A stretch of 63,994 nucleotides of DNA, the filler included, from Phoronis australis (Eukaryota; Animalia; Phoronida): assembly GCA_002633005.1 (NCBI GenBank). It is 5 parts of 5 records of this genome, joined end to end, with 100 filler letters (N's around TTAATTAATTAA, not from the genome) between each part and the next. Parts side by side here need not be neighbours in the genome. Positions count along the whole stretch, not along the records: positions 1 to 23,440 come from NMRA01001372.1; positions 23,541 to 42,188 come from NMRA01000252.1; 3 more parts are not named here. The stretch is one strand, 5' to 3'. Positions 12,801 to 24,564 of the stretch are shown here, piece by piece (position 1 is the first letter of the stretch; each line of letters opens with the position of its first letter). Both the position numbers and the translations under genes were made by a program. The notes beneath the pieces are model-generated. The model saw only the letters and a program-made list of their open reading frames with translations. It was not told where the DNA came from and ran no database searches.

Positions 12801-14040
12801 GCGGCACTTTCGAGCTTTACCGCACCAGGCTTCACTGCAATATGGGATAGATTCCCAGCTAGGTCTTAACCATTGTAAATCCCATCTGTTTACATCAATA
12901 ATACCTCCAGTTCTGTTGGAGTAGTACCAAGTCTAGTGTTATGTAATTCCACTATCCGCCATGTACCCAAACCATAAGTACGTCTGGAGTCTAGGCCACA
13001 CACTTGTCAAACCGCTGGCATTCAAGCTCATTCTATATGGGTACCCAGACCCCAACTATGCTTCACTCCTTGTTCAAGGCTTAAAATAACTAGTGTCACG
13101 CGCTATCGTCACGCGCTTCGCTCTGTCTCGCGCTAGCCCTTGCCTAACGCGCGTGTCTCAGTGGACATACAGTACTTTGGGTTATGGCGCGCGCGGTGAA
13201 AAAGTCAACGGGAACCAAAAAAATGGAGTTGAAATTCTTCGGCAAAAGCACCCTGTTCTCATAACTAAGCTTCATCGAAGATATGAATAGAAAATGAATG
13301 GATCCATGAAGAAAAGAAGCGCTTTTTAAGTGATAGTTTTAAGTGTGGAATGTATTTTTGACGAGGTGAACTCAAAATCAGTGGCCGGATTTGGCCAGAC
13401 GAAATGGTAAGAAAGCGATGGGAAGTATTCTAGCCCCTAACCGGCCAACCGAGGGGCTACGTGTTGACTAGCCCCTGTCCTACCAGCCCCGTTGATAACC
13501 TTCATACCTCGTCGCCGGGTCTCATCCCCAAAGCAGACGGCGATTGTCACAAGATATCCCACTTATACCCAGGGAAGTGCTGAAATGGCGAGGGATTGGT
13601 TTGGGTTTGAGGGATCATTGGAATCGAAAGAAATCGGCCGTTAGAAAAGCCATCTGTGGCTACAAATAATAAATAGGGGAAGTATCGTTTGTCCAGGACA
13701 ATTAACTACGAACGGAAAGGAGTCTACTAGGTATAAACTTGTCTAATTAGGAAAACTTACGAGTGAATGTACTGTTGCTTGAGGCTGGGCCAACAGGAAG
13801 CTGGACAGAAGAACAAACAGCGCAACCATCGGACTTGGTAGGAACTAACCAGGAGTTGGATTTGAAGCATGAATGGCTCTATAATGGTGTAACGGGGCTC
13901 GATATAAACCAAAACTGCCAATAGCTTTATAAAACTATTTATTTCGCAGATTTCAATCCTGTANATGAAGCATGAAGGGCTCTATAATGGTATTTGCCCA
14001 AATAATAGGATTTATGTCAGAGTGCCATAAATCTCATTAT
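9700..14040 (+). mobile_element. decayed DIRS/Ngaro tyrosine-recombinase retrotransposon composite, copy 1 (gag-RH-YR then gag-RT-RH)
   Basis: Gag Zn finger CYA/LNYKENCT..CRHKLT..TCGGSHP (~10070-10170). RH KRCDN (~10460). YR LCNYMRVKPQAGPL (~11400), SHAF/KLGAVTW (~11680) and CR*K (~11760). RT TLVKPLAFKLILYGYPD..LLVQGL (~13000-13088) and NLHTSSPGLIPKADG..KISHLYPG (~13500-13575). Confidence 0.65.
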
Positions 14041-14479
14041 TTTAGAACATAACAGTGATTGGCCCAGTAAAGCAAAGGGTCCATGAGCGCACAGAAACTG
14101 ATTCTAGTTTGTATTTCCACTTGGCTCTTTATCTGCTTTATGACCAAAATCTATGTCGCATAGGGCATAGGTAAATTTGCTGTCAATAGAAGAACAGTGG
14201 AAATACCCTTCCTGGCAGGTAGAACAGGTATTTCTTGTGCCATTAGCAGGATGAGGGATGCAGACGTAGGCTCACTGCAGGATCGGATGTATTTCTGGGA
14301 GTAGACTTGCCATCACCAGATTTTCTGAAGGTGACTGACCTCCTTCTGATTGTCGTTGAGTCTTCTCATGAATTACCAATTGTCCTATGCAATTGTAGAA
14401 ACATAAATAGTAATCAAAATCTTTTGCTTTTATTTCAACGAGAGCTCCTACGCTGTCGTCCTTCTGAAATGCTCAAAGT

Positions 14480-14777
14480 CAAGAGTAACTTAAGTTCCAC
14501 ACTCAAACACGCACTCGGACGGCGACATCTTCCCACACGCAAGAGAGAGGATATTGATAGGACGTGTATCCCTTATTGGATCCTGTGAGGCAGAAAGATC
14601 ATTTTCTGTGCTCAGGCGTGTGAAGACACATTTGAGGGCTACTATGTCTGAGGAAAGGCTTACTGGGTTATCACTGATGACCATGCATTAGAAACAACTA
14701 AAAGACTGGACACGTTACCGACAGTTATCCTGAACAACCCAAGGCATGCTTTCTACAAGTGTATCTTGTTTGACTGA
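14480..14777 (+). pseudogene. hAT transposase C-terminal dimerization domain fragment
   Basis: Translates to DIFPH..LIGSCEAERSFSVLRRVKTHLRATMSEERLTGLSLMTMH*. Confidence 0.85.
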
Positions 14778-14836
14778 AAGTGCGCCAAGTTTTATCAATA
14801 AGATGCATAAAATACATTATGAGCAACTACTGGGAA

Positions 14837-15390
14837 TCAAAACGTGTCTGAAGAGCAGTTTTCAAATCTGATATTTTGCACAGTATTCTTTTGGTCTCGA
14901 GACAGATAAGGCCAGCTTATTTGTATAGCTATTGACTCTCGGTGTACTTCTGGTTTCTCGGCGACCTGGTCTTGTAATGTTTTTACCATAGCGTGCTTTG
15001 TAAAGCTATCTATTGGCCAGCCAGTACCTTTTGGTTTCACCACAGATCGAGTATTTTTGTAGAGATATTGGTTCTCATCACACTTCTGGTCCCTCGGCGC
15101 ACTGGCCACAATGTGCTTTGTTAAGCTATTCACCTCAGACAGTTCTTTTTGGTCCCGTGACAGGTCGATTATTTTTATAGGGATAATAAGCGTAGGTGTT
15201 CTTTTGGTCTCGCGACGGACCAGACCAGATCATTTGTGTTTGCATGTGGTCCCTCTGCAATCTGGTTTCTATATATATTCACCTCGGTGTTCACCATGTT
15301 TTGTTTCCGTGAAAACGTTTTCGCGTTATTTGTTTCCTGATACATTTGACGTTTTTCAACTGTTGAGGCGCACGGTAGCCCAACAATCAA
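14837..15390 (-). pseudogene. frameshifted ORF relic with ~40-aa internal repeats (RDQK motif), product unknown
   Basis: SRDQKNTYAYYPYKNNRPVTGPK..NSLTKH resembles PRDQKCDENQYLYKNTRSVVKPK..DSFTKH; a further SRDQKN follows. Confidence 0.35.
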
Positions 15391-15926
15391 AGTGATTCAG
15401 CTTAATGAAGTGATATTTAAGTGCTTATTGTCGCTTTCAATAATAGAATATGCGTGGAGATTACCACAGTTCGTCAGTTTTTCTCGTAAGCAGACCGAAC
15501 ATGTGTTTATTTCCGGTCACGCCAATTGCGGTCTTCTTCCTTAAAGATCTAGAGGCTGCTGTCACGCGATCATCTGAAGATCAAGTTTTGGGGTTTTTAC
15601 GGTGGCCGTCGGTGACCCTTTTCTTAAACATTGAGTAGTTGTCTAAACCACAGTATATACACTACACTTTTTTGGTGTGCGACTTTTGGTACGCTGAAAA
15701 TCGGTGCGTATATACAGATGTTATACTACAAATTTTGCTGGTGGCGTGATTCATACCCAAATATGCACAAATATAGTTATACGAAACGAGACACGCTGAC
15801 TGCCACAAACTTGCCAGGATGCATGGAAAGTACACTACTTGGCTACAGAAACAAAAATATCTTTGACACGGATGGGTGAAACCCCCCTTCCGACCTCTTC
15901 CCACTCGGCGCTGCTCGCCTCGGATT

Positions 15927-16148
15927 AGCGCGAATCCTACCCCCCCCCCCCCTNNNNNNNNNNNNNNNNNNNNNNNNNNNNNNNNNNNNNNNNNNNNNNN
16001 NNNNNNNNNNNNNNNNNNNNNNNNNNNNNNNNNNNNNNNNNNNNNNNNNNNNNNNNNNNNNNNNNNNNNNNNNNNNNNNNNNNNNNNNNNNNNNNNNNNN
16101 NNNNNNNNNNNNNNNNNNNNNNNGCGCGAATCCTACCCCCCCCCCCTC
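15927..16148. repeat. collapsed tandem repeat (GCGCGAATCCTA-polyC) around a gap
   Basis: The same motif lies on both sides of the N run. Confidence 0.7.
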
Positions 16149-16683
16149 TTAGTGAAAACGTCTACCTTCCTTCTACGCCCGTTCTCTCGTACACTGTAGA
16201 CTAGTAGCAAAAATACACAAATATCGAATCTTAAATGTTACATTTCGACGACTTTATTAACAACTTAAAACGTTTCATTTAACCCACATCAAATGATATG
16301 ATAAAGCATTCGTAACACGACACAAATGTGTATTCGGGATGGCAATTCATTTGCACACAATATACCAAGAAACTTTAACGTCGATTTTGTAAACAATCCT
16401 ACTTGATTACGCTCTTTCTTTCGTAAAATTGACTTCAGGAGTCCCATAACACATTTCAAGTTCAGCCTATTCTGAGGAGAATAATCTTCGTGTTGAAACC
16501 ATTGTGAAGCACGATGTTTATTCATCAACCTCTCAGTTAACGCGGTGGGTCCTGGCTAACGTTTTTGAAATTAAGCTAGACTCTCAAGAATGGATAAAAG
16601 GTCTTTTGGGTTGCATTAGACACTGTAAATTAGTTTGAAGCAAGTTTCTTGTGCACGATAGATCAAACAGCATGACACTTTGC

Positions 16684-16920
16684 CTACACAACTGAAGGAG
16701 TTGAATGTCTCCGCCAGACTACGCCACGAGAACAGTACACCACTGCACGTCCAGTCGACGGTATACGGTCACCATCAGAGTACCATCTGCCGTTGTAGTA
16801 GCACATATATGGTGTAGACGTTGTAATTGGTGGTACTGGTGGTGCTGGTGTGACCGTACATGTTATTCCAGTATTCATAACTATTCCATCAAGGTTATAT
16901 TCAACTGAGTGGCCTCCATT
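16684..16920 (-). CDS. 3' part of a mucin-like protein: Pro/Thr linker plus small Cys module
   Basis: Translates to TCTVTPAPPVPPITTSTPYMCYYNGRWYSDGDRI..VVYCSRGVV, a VWC-like C.YNG.WY..G start. Confidence 0.5.
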   Translation of the reverse strand, partial: NGGHSVEYNLDGIVMNTGITCTVTPAPPVPPITTSTPYMCYYNGRWYSDGDRIPSTGRAVVYCSRGVVWRRHSTPSVV

Positions 16921-17449
16921 CTAACTTGTATGTAAAAAACTAAGCTTTGTCAACTAGTAAAAGTATAAATTTTCTGAAAGAAAAAATAGTAGGAAACGTG
17001 AAAATACTTTTTGCATTAATGTACCATAATTATTTTTACGAAAAAACTTTTTAATTTTAAGTCAAAATTTTATTTTTAGGAAATGTACATTCATCGCAAA
17101 GTAACCCCTTGGTCAATTTTAATGAAACGTTTTTAATATTTTTTTAATGTTTATTACGAAATCTTCAGAATACAATGAATATACATAACCCAGAAAGCGC
17201 CAAGAGGCATTAGATCTGGGTAAAAAATACAAAGAAGTCTATATACAATTATTATATACGAATACATAAATAAAAAAACTGATGTTAACAATACAATGAT
17301 ATATGACAACGAATGAAAACAATTCATTTTCAAACAGATGTATAAAATTCTATCCACTCACACAAAGAGATTTAATGTTATAAAGAAGTTCTGATACTAT
17401 TTCAAATAAAACCTTATGGAAAGAAATTAATTTTGTTGTACAATTGAGG

Positions 17450-18660
17450 AATTTCAGAATATTTTTATAAACATTGGGGTATTGTTCAAGTGCCCTGAAG
17501 AGCTGTACCCTCTCCTCCTTGCATACCTCACAAGCAAAGAAAACGTGAGGATATGTCTGGGTATCTCAACAGGAACACAGAGGCGAAATATTATTAAAAT
17601 TATGTCTAAATTTCTCGTTGTTTAGGAATAGACCACATCTTGATCTGTATATGGTTATTTCATGGTTGCGAGGAAGTTGGAATGATGTCAATGGGTATGC
17701 ATTTTAAAGTTATTTTTGAGAGTGACGATTGAAGTGCTTTCTGTTATTTTGAATGGTAAGGAATTCCAGTTGTCAATACAAGTTAATATCGTTGATCTTC
17801 TGAAGGCTTGGCTGATGGAGACTGGAATAGTATACATATTGCTTTGCCGGAGTCCTGGTCTCGTGCTTGGTCTTTTGTAGGAGTCAAAGAGGATTTTGTT
17901 AGAATAATTGTTTATGTTGGTTAAGACTTTGAATGTATACATGGACGGGTTGCTAGTTTGCTCCAGTGAAGACTATTTAGAACCTCACAGTAATCTAGAT
18001 GTGGAAGTACAAAAGACTTGAACAGAGTTTCAAGATGCATGGAGTTGAGATGACGAGAGATAATTCTAATTGGATTAATTAATTTTTGTACTTTTTGAAC
18101 GAGTTCGCGACAATTAGTAGTAAATGTAAGGTTATGGTCGAGTAGCAAGCCAAGATGTTTGTGCGTGAACTCATTGGGGACAACTTCCCCATTGAGTGAT
18201 AATTCCAGTGTTGGATTTGTTTGGAAATGAGTATTATTAGACTTAGAAAATATAAGATCAAAACTTTTTTCAGGTTTAAATTTCATCTTCCATTTGTGAG
18301 TCCAGTCATAGAGTTTGTAAAGGTCAGTTTGCAATTGTAAGGAGTCATGGGGATGCTCTTTTGAGAATGGGTGGAAAATTGCAGTGTCATCAGCATATAA
18401 GAATGTTTTAGAGCTTGTCGTGTCTGGAAGATCATTGGTGTACAGTAAAAAGAGTAAGGGGCCTAGTACGCTACCCTGTGGTACTCCAGCATTTACGAAA
18501 CCTGGCGTTGATGAAGGTGATAAGACACCCTCAATTGGGACTTTGTAAGTTCGATTTTCCAGATATGATTTTAAAAGTAAGAGGAGAGTGCCTGAGAAAC
18601 CGTAAGATTGTAATTTATGTAGAAGCAGGTCATGGGGAACGACATCAAAAGCTTTTTTGA
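17450..18660 (-). mobile_element. 5'-truncated CR1/L2-group LINE (RT and 3' end)
   Basis: FKKAFDVVPH, GVPQGSVLGPLLFLLYTNDL, LYADDT, KHLGLLLDHNLTF, then a frameshifted C-terminus (WNSLP) and a 3' UTR. Confidence 0.92.
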
Positions 18661-19750
18661 ATGAAAACTTCACCAAAAATGCTGTTAGGAATTTTCGATT
18701 AGTCTTTTCGTTTGGTTTCTATGACAAATCAACTCGCAAAACGTAAGGTATCCTTGTAAAAAATGGAAGCCGTATTCTTCTTTGTAATATCACAAAAAAA
18801 TAGGCCTTTATATGGAAAGTCCTAACAGCATTTTTGAGACTGGTGACTAAATACTAAATTTGGAAAGTTTCAGAGAAATCCACCGAACCGTTTTCGAGAC
18901 TAACTCGTGTTCCTAATTTCAAATGAAGCCGAGAAAAAGCCGATTAAACTGGGACGAATGAAAATTTCAAAGTCTTTGGTTCCTTATTTGGTGAAAGCTC
19001 GTTTACGGTACACATAACCTATACAAGGTTTAAATATGATCGCTATTTCAACATTCACTCGCAATGTCAACTGATTTTGCAGTGCGTAATTAATTTAATT
19101 ATCATTAAAACGTACCGTTTCCACCTAACTTTTACTATTTGCGACCATTTGACCTACTTTTCTGTAAATAGGTCACAGTTCATTGTCAAACACGTAGCCT
19201 GTACAAGTCACGTGCTTGGAGACTGATACGAAACCAAGTAAGAAATGGATAATAAAAATCGAATCGGTGGTTAAAGCATGTCGTTAGCGTGAGATCGAAA
19301 CATTGAAATGTCAATTTATCAATAGAATGAAGGAATTAGGGTGAGGATTTATCTCTTTTCACAATTTGCTGTTTTCATGACCACAGAGACTTGAAGCGAC
19401 CGTAGCATTCGTTCTCAACGCCAACGGTCGTATGCACGTAGACGCACAACTCCCTTAGGATCAAAACTAAGTTTTGTCTGTTTTCCCCGGAACCATTCTA
19501 CCATAAGTTTACCACCTCGTTTATTCTATGTTAGGCAATTTTGGGGATGAAAGGACTGAGGCTATACGAAGCTGTTCTGTACCTGGCAGGAGGTTCGATT
19601 TGATAGAAAGCCCTCTAACCTTTGACCTCGGATAAGTAGTAAACAAATATCCACGCGGTTGTGCGGTTCCAATGTGGTTCTGTTAAATCTTTTTTTTCTC
19701 GCTACGCAGTATATATTTTGTATTTGAAGTTTCACGAGAATGAAGATAAA

Positions 19751-19918
19751 TATAGATTATTACATGGCGAAGTCGTTATCTCCCGTTATCTAGAGCCCGA
19801 TTGGATTTTGGAGAATAATCGCCCGAGGGGCGTTAACCCCGAGGGTGATAATTCTACAAAATCCACGAGGGCTCTAGATAAGGGGGATAACGACTGAGAA
19901 CATGTAATTTAATCTATT
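19751..19918. repeat. ~170-bp imperfect palindrome (foldback MITE, Crypton-like)
   Basis: Arms ATAGATTA..GTCGTTATC..TTATCTAGAGCCC..GGATTTTG and CAAAATCC..GGGCTCTAGATAA..GATAACGAC..TAATCTAT around a CCCGAGGG core. Confidence 0.8.
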
Positions 19919-20461
19919 TATACCACATACTGAACGAGAAACATTGCAATGAATCGATCTACATTTCTCGACTCGCCTCGGCTTTGTAACTACTTTCTAG
20001 GTCAGAGGCCCGGGGTCGGAGGTCGTGACCTTTTAAGAAAAGCCGATATATTTTTGTAAAATAATGCTTTTACTCAAAACCAATTGAAAAATAAAACAAA
20101 ATAGAAATAAAGTGAATCTATAAATTATGGTTTAGCAACTATTATAGCTTACTACACATTTTATCACGCTAAGCTTCGACCGGAAATATATCGTCTGCTA
20201 AAATAGGTTACCACTAGTAACTGACTACAATGCTCAAGTCAAAGGATCCCGACCACACGACACCTGCATTCAAATTGAAGATCGGTGATTTACAAGGGAG
20301 AGAACACAGAAAAAAATTTCACTGAATTAAAACATCGTTTTTACGGAAATTATGCGTCTTATTTTTTATAGCGTATAAATGTCGGCGCAATGCCCTTTGC
20401 TGAACATGCGATTGTTGCGCGTGCTCATTTAAGTATTCTATTTTCACATTGGATGACGTCA

Positions 20462-20525
20462 GCCGCTGAGTGGTGTAGTGGTAAAGTCGGTGACTCGCAA
20501 CTGTTGAGGCCCGGTTTGGAGATAA
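20462..20525 (+). mobile_element. tRNA-derived SINE head (truncated)
   Basis: A-box-like TGGTGTAGTGG followed ~33 nt later by a degenerate B-box GGTTTGGAG. Confidence 0.5.
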
Positions 20526-20865
20526 CTTTAAAGCACACTTTTCGTCGACATTCTTGGGTGTTCACAATGGCTTCGTTAGACTACCACTTTTGTTTGTAGA
20601 AGCATCCTAAGGAGGTCGTTCTCATAGTTGTTGGTCTCATTGTACTTCCTGTACAATCTACCTGTACGCGATCCATTAAGACCCATTGGTTCTGTTCGTT
20701 ATAATATTTCGGACACCTAAGGTCGTCTCTTTCGAAGCCTAGTGGATGCAGTTTTGCGTTGTAATATCCTGGGACATGTCGTGTTGATGGTGGCAACGAC
20801 TTAGTGTAGCAAAATGACGCTATAAGACTCAAGGAGACTAACAAGCCATAAAGTTGTATGAATCT
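20525..20865 (-). pseudogene. 5' part of a secreted Cys-module/Thr-rich mucin-like protein
   Basis: Signal-like LYGLLVSLSLIASFCYT, then RPTTMRTTSLGCFYKQKW*SNE..ECRRKVC. The TAG occupies the Tyr of the C.Y..KWY motif seen at 16.8 kb. Confidence 0.45.
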
Positions 20866-22299
20866 AGTGTTTCGCGTAGTCTTTCACCACCAGCTTTTTT
20901 AAGACCTTGTCTGATTTCACGCTGAAGTCACATCAAAGTTCCTGGGTGTGCGTGCGTGTGTCGAGATAAAATGAAGGAGTGTTGTTGTCGCTTAAAAAGA
21001 AAAAATGCGACGTTTCAAGAGTTCGTGCTTCAATTCCCCATTCGACTTAAATAAAACAAAAAAATAACGCAGTTGGACGCTTCTGAGTGTTACGTCTCCC
21101 GTTCGTCCAAACACGCTGTTGGGCCGTTTTTATGTTGCGGCGAACACTTTACGCGTGCTCTCTGTCCAGCTTTTTATCTGTAACCCACGATTTTCATTCC
21201 AGTTGTCTCGTTGTTTCATTCTCGAATGTTGACAACTATGCCACAGGTGTTCAAAATAACATTGGCTCTTTTTCATGAATATTGTTATTTTCCAGAGGCC
21301 ACTTTTTGTAGTAACATAATAATGGTAAAGTAGTGTTCCAATGTCTCTTTCTTACGGTAACGCCCATTGCATTTATCAAAATCACCAATTTTATCTTTTC
21401 TCTCTGAACAAATGAGTTTATTTATATACTACGATGGAAAGTCTTCATACTGCAATCTATGTAATTATCTATCCACACTACATGTTAAAGCTATTCAATA
21501 GATGTTTGCTCATTTTTATCCATCAAAAAGCATTTATCTGCAAATTTCAGAAAAGGTAAGTGGAGTAATTAGTTTATCACATTTTTCGTAAATGTCTTGA
21601 AATTTTATTGAAGAACTGTATCAAACGGCACCAAAGGGCCATTTGATATATAAAGATGCCTTTTTGGATGAACGCCTGACTTAATTATTCACAGCAACTG
21701 GTCGATAGTCTAAATCTTGATAGGGACATCATTGGAATTATTTCCCTGCTGGTCTAACAAGTCATTTATATAACCTCTCTGGTTCAATTCCTTTTTGAGA
21801 TCACTATTACGTCCTGTTATTTTTCATATTTTGGTAGCACTCTCGGTTTTCAGAATTAAAAAATATGCAAAATTAGAATTATTTATCAATTAAATTTTTC
21901 ATCGTTTGCTTTTGGTAAAATCATACACCAACACGAACTGATAAAGGGTTATCTAATGATATGACTAATAAAAAATTCGATTGAAAAACAGAGCAGTTGT
22001 GAAACGTTTTAGTGGTAGTTAATTCCATAGCAAGAACTAACACCGGAACAAACGAATGCGCATGTGCGGCGCAACCTCACCAGAGCGAAATTGAAGCTGG
22101 CATTCCAGACATAGAGTCTATGGTTAAAAAAAGACACTTCTAAAACATGGAATTTATTTTCAACAACATCAAAGTCACAACAAGTACACATCCTTTGTAA
22201 GGGTACAGTGTCCTTTCTCTTTATTTACTACTGACATCAGTATAGCTCGGTAGCAGCCCTTTGTTAATACAAACTTCGTTGAAAACACGACTTAACTTT

Positions 22300-23440
22300 T
22301 TTGTTTGAAAGCTTGATTCAGAGTGGCTCGTAGTGTCGAAACAATTTCCTTTCTTCAGTTGTGCAGCTATGTAGCAAAACACCGATAGACATAACAAACA
22401 AACACACTAATACACAAGATTCGGAAAACTTCACTTCATGTCTCGTCATCAGGCAATAAGTGGAAGGGACATACACGAAGCGCGATAAATAAAGAAATTC
22501 ACGTGATAGCGTGAAGAGGGGCATACAAGCCGGAAGTGTAAATGTAACACACGACAGAAAGCTCACAGCTCATCGAAAAAGAGTCAGCGTGCGGTACACA
22601 CCCGTGCAGCTGCTCATTCAACATGGGTTTTTCGTGACTGATCGATAGCGATTCCAAAATCTTTAGCCGAAACGCGTCATTACCAACTGAGCGAATGATG
22701 GTATTGTCTACTGTTTCTTACTTAGTTGGTGTACAAAGTGATCTTGAATGGACCCACCCTGCAAGTGCAAGGACAACCGTCGCCAGAAAGAACACACCGT
22801 GTGTCCAATGTAACGCTGGTCACAAGAATGAGGACGAAGACATACGTCCATATGACATGTGAATTGATCAGCAACATTACATTTAACCACTGGTCGAAAT
22901 CTTTCACGACTGGGGTTGTTTTTCATGACAAGGCGATGTAAGTTAACAATATGATAATAAATAACTACAATTAATCTAACACCGGGGCTGACACTTTGAC
23001 GTATATCTCTTGCAATCTTCTTAAGCACAAGTTCGTCACTCAGACAATTATTAGACATACAGTTTTTATGATACAGACGTTCTTGTTGATACTAGTACGA
23101 GGCTCAGTGTCAACATCAGAGTCAATCCAAGATATGCTACACCTAAAGTGGTTATCAACAAAAGAATTAGTATACCCATTGTTAACGAGAACTTGTTTTA
23201 GGTGTTGGACATCAACAATGAGTGCATCCCAACGTGGCCGAGAAAACAAATAGGCAAGAAGTAGTAGACAATGCCATCATTCGCTATGTTGAAAATGGCC
23301 CATTTCGACTAAAGATTTTGGAATTGCACATGATCAGTCACGAAAAACTTGTGATGAATGGGCCGCTCACAGGTGTGTACTGAACGCTGGCCCTGTCTCG
23401 ATAGCCTGTGGGCTTCCTACCGTGAGTTGCATTCACACTG
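22300..23440 (-). mobile_element. Penelope-like element relic with inverted terminal duplication
   Basis: RT-thumb-like LKQVLVNNGY and GIY-YIG YIGHT..RRLSLHLQGGSIQDH. 23265-23400 is the reverse complement of ~22585-22712. Confidence 0.8.
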
Positions 23441-23540
23441 NNNNNNNNNNNNNNNNNNNNNNNNNNNNNNNNNNNNNNNNNNNNTTAATTAATTAANNNN
23501 NNNNNNNNNNNNNNNNNNNNNNNNNNNNNNNNNNNNNNNN
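23441..23540. other. artificial scaffold linker (44N-TTAATTAATTAA-44N); also at 42189-42288, 60033-60132 and 62303-62402
   Basis: Four identical 100-nt gaps containing a six-frame stop linker. Confidence 0.95.
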
Positions 23541-24564
23541 CCCGCGTTGGTTTGAATGCGCTAAATCTCCCCTTACTCCCAGCTCTCCTAATGTTGTTTA
23601 TCCATTTTTCACGAAGTTCTTGGTTTGCAGGGAACACATAAAAACTCAGATTTTTATCTCTCTTGTTGTTTTTGAAGCAGCCAGGAACACATCAAGTGTA
23701 TCCGCCGTAAGTTTTCTTCGCGCTCATACCGCGTATTATGCGTGATACTATGGCCGCTTTCGGAATCCTGACCACAGCACCCACAATGCACCATTTTAAC
23801 CTAATTTCAATATGGCGTCGCTGCAAATCCGCTATTGCTGGCATCGCGGCACTCACGAGCACTCCCAGGCATTACAAATTGTATCTAACGAGACAGACTT
23901 CGTTTCAGTTTCATATAACCATTGGTTAGGATCTTTTTAGGATGAGAATAGTTCATTTTGAAACAGGACAAAGAATAATAAACGTCTACATGGCAACTCG
24001 CCCGGCGCCAATCCCGACTTACTCAAGAGCTCATTCGACGAGGACTTCACGAGTCGGATCGTTAGGTTTCACAGGCTATCAGTTTGAACCGGAATGCACT
24101 GATCAAGAAATACTAGAGAGGCGCCGTGAACATGCACAGGCAACTTAACGTACAGACAGTTCTTTGGTAAGCCGAATTCGTCAGAGAAATCACTGTCGAC
24201 GAAATGCCGGCCACAGACACGGAGATGTTTCACGGCCTCCTACTTGCTATTAACAGCATACCTTTTATTCTTCACTACCCCGAGCCACTTCCTAAGCATT
24301 TCCGGCTCTCGAGGAAGTCGAAAAAACGATATACCTGCTTTCTTCACATCTTCATAGTTTGGACAAGCAGGAACGATGCACCGCAATATAGCGGCATTCA
24401 CTCTGCAGACGAACCACTGACGTCGCTGCATCGTTTCTCACCTTCCTCACAGGTTAACGAGACACCTCTCGGCAAGGTGAGGTCAACCGTATGAGAGGCG
24501 ATCTGGATATAGACCGATTAAGACGGTAAAAAGACTAATTAAATCGGGTGGCATTCTCCTTTAA
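23541..24564. mobile_element. internally deleted Kolobok-like DNA transposon (THAP gene start on minus, P2X7_C/KolX-like start on plus)
   Basis: Minus strand: CIVPACPN..GISFFRLP..LRKWL..*..LRVCGRHFVDSDF (THAP C2CH). Plus strand: GYQFEP. Right end GGGTGGCATTCTCCT followed by TTAA. Confidence 0.65.

Noticed and set aside
20462-20525. tRNA gene
   Set aside because: No acceptor stem or complete T arm; better explained as a SINE head.
23485-23496. Recurring TTAATTAATTAA inside N runs (four places) as a biological motif
   Set aside because: Identical 44N-12-44N layout with stops in all six frames: an artificial contig linker.
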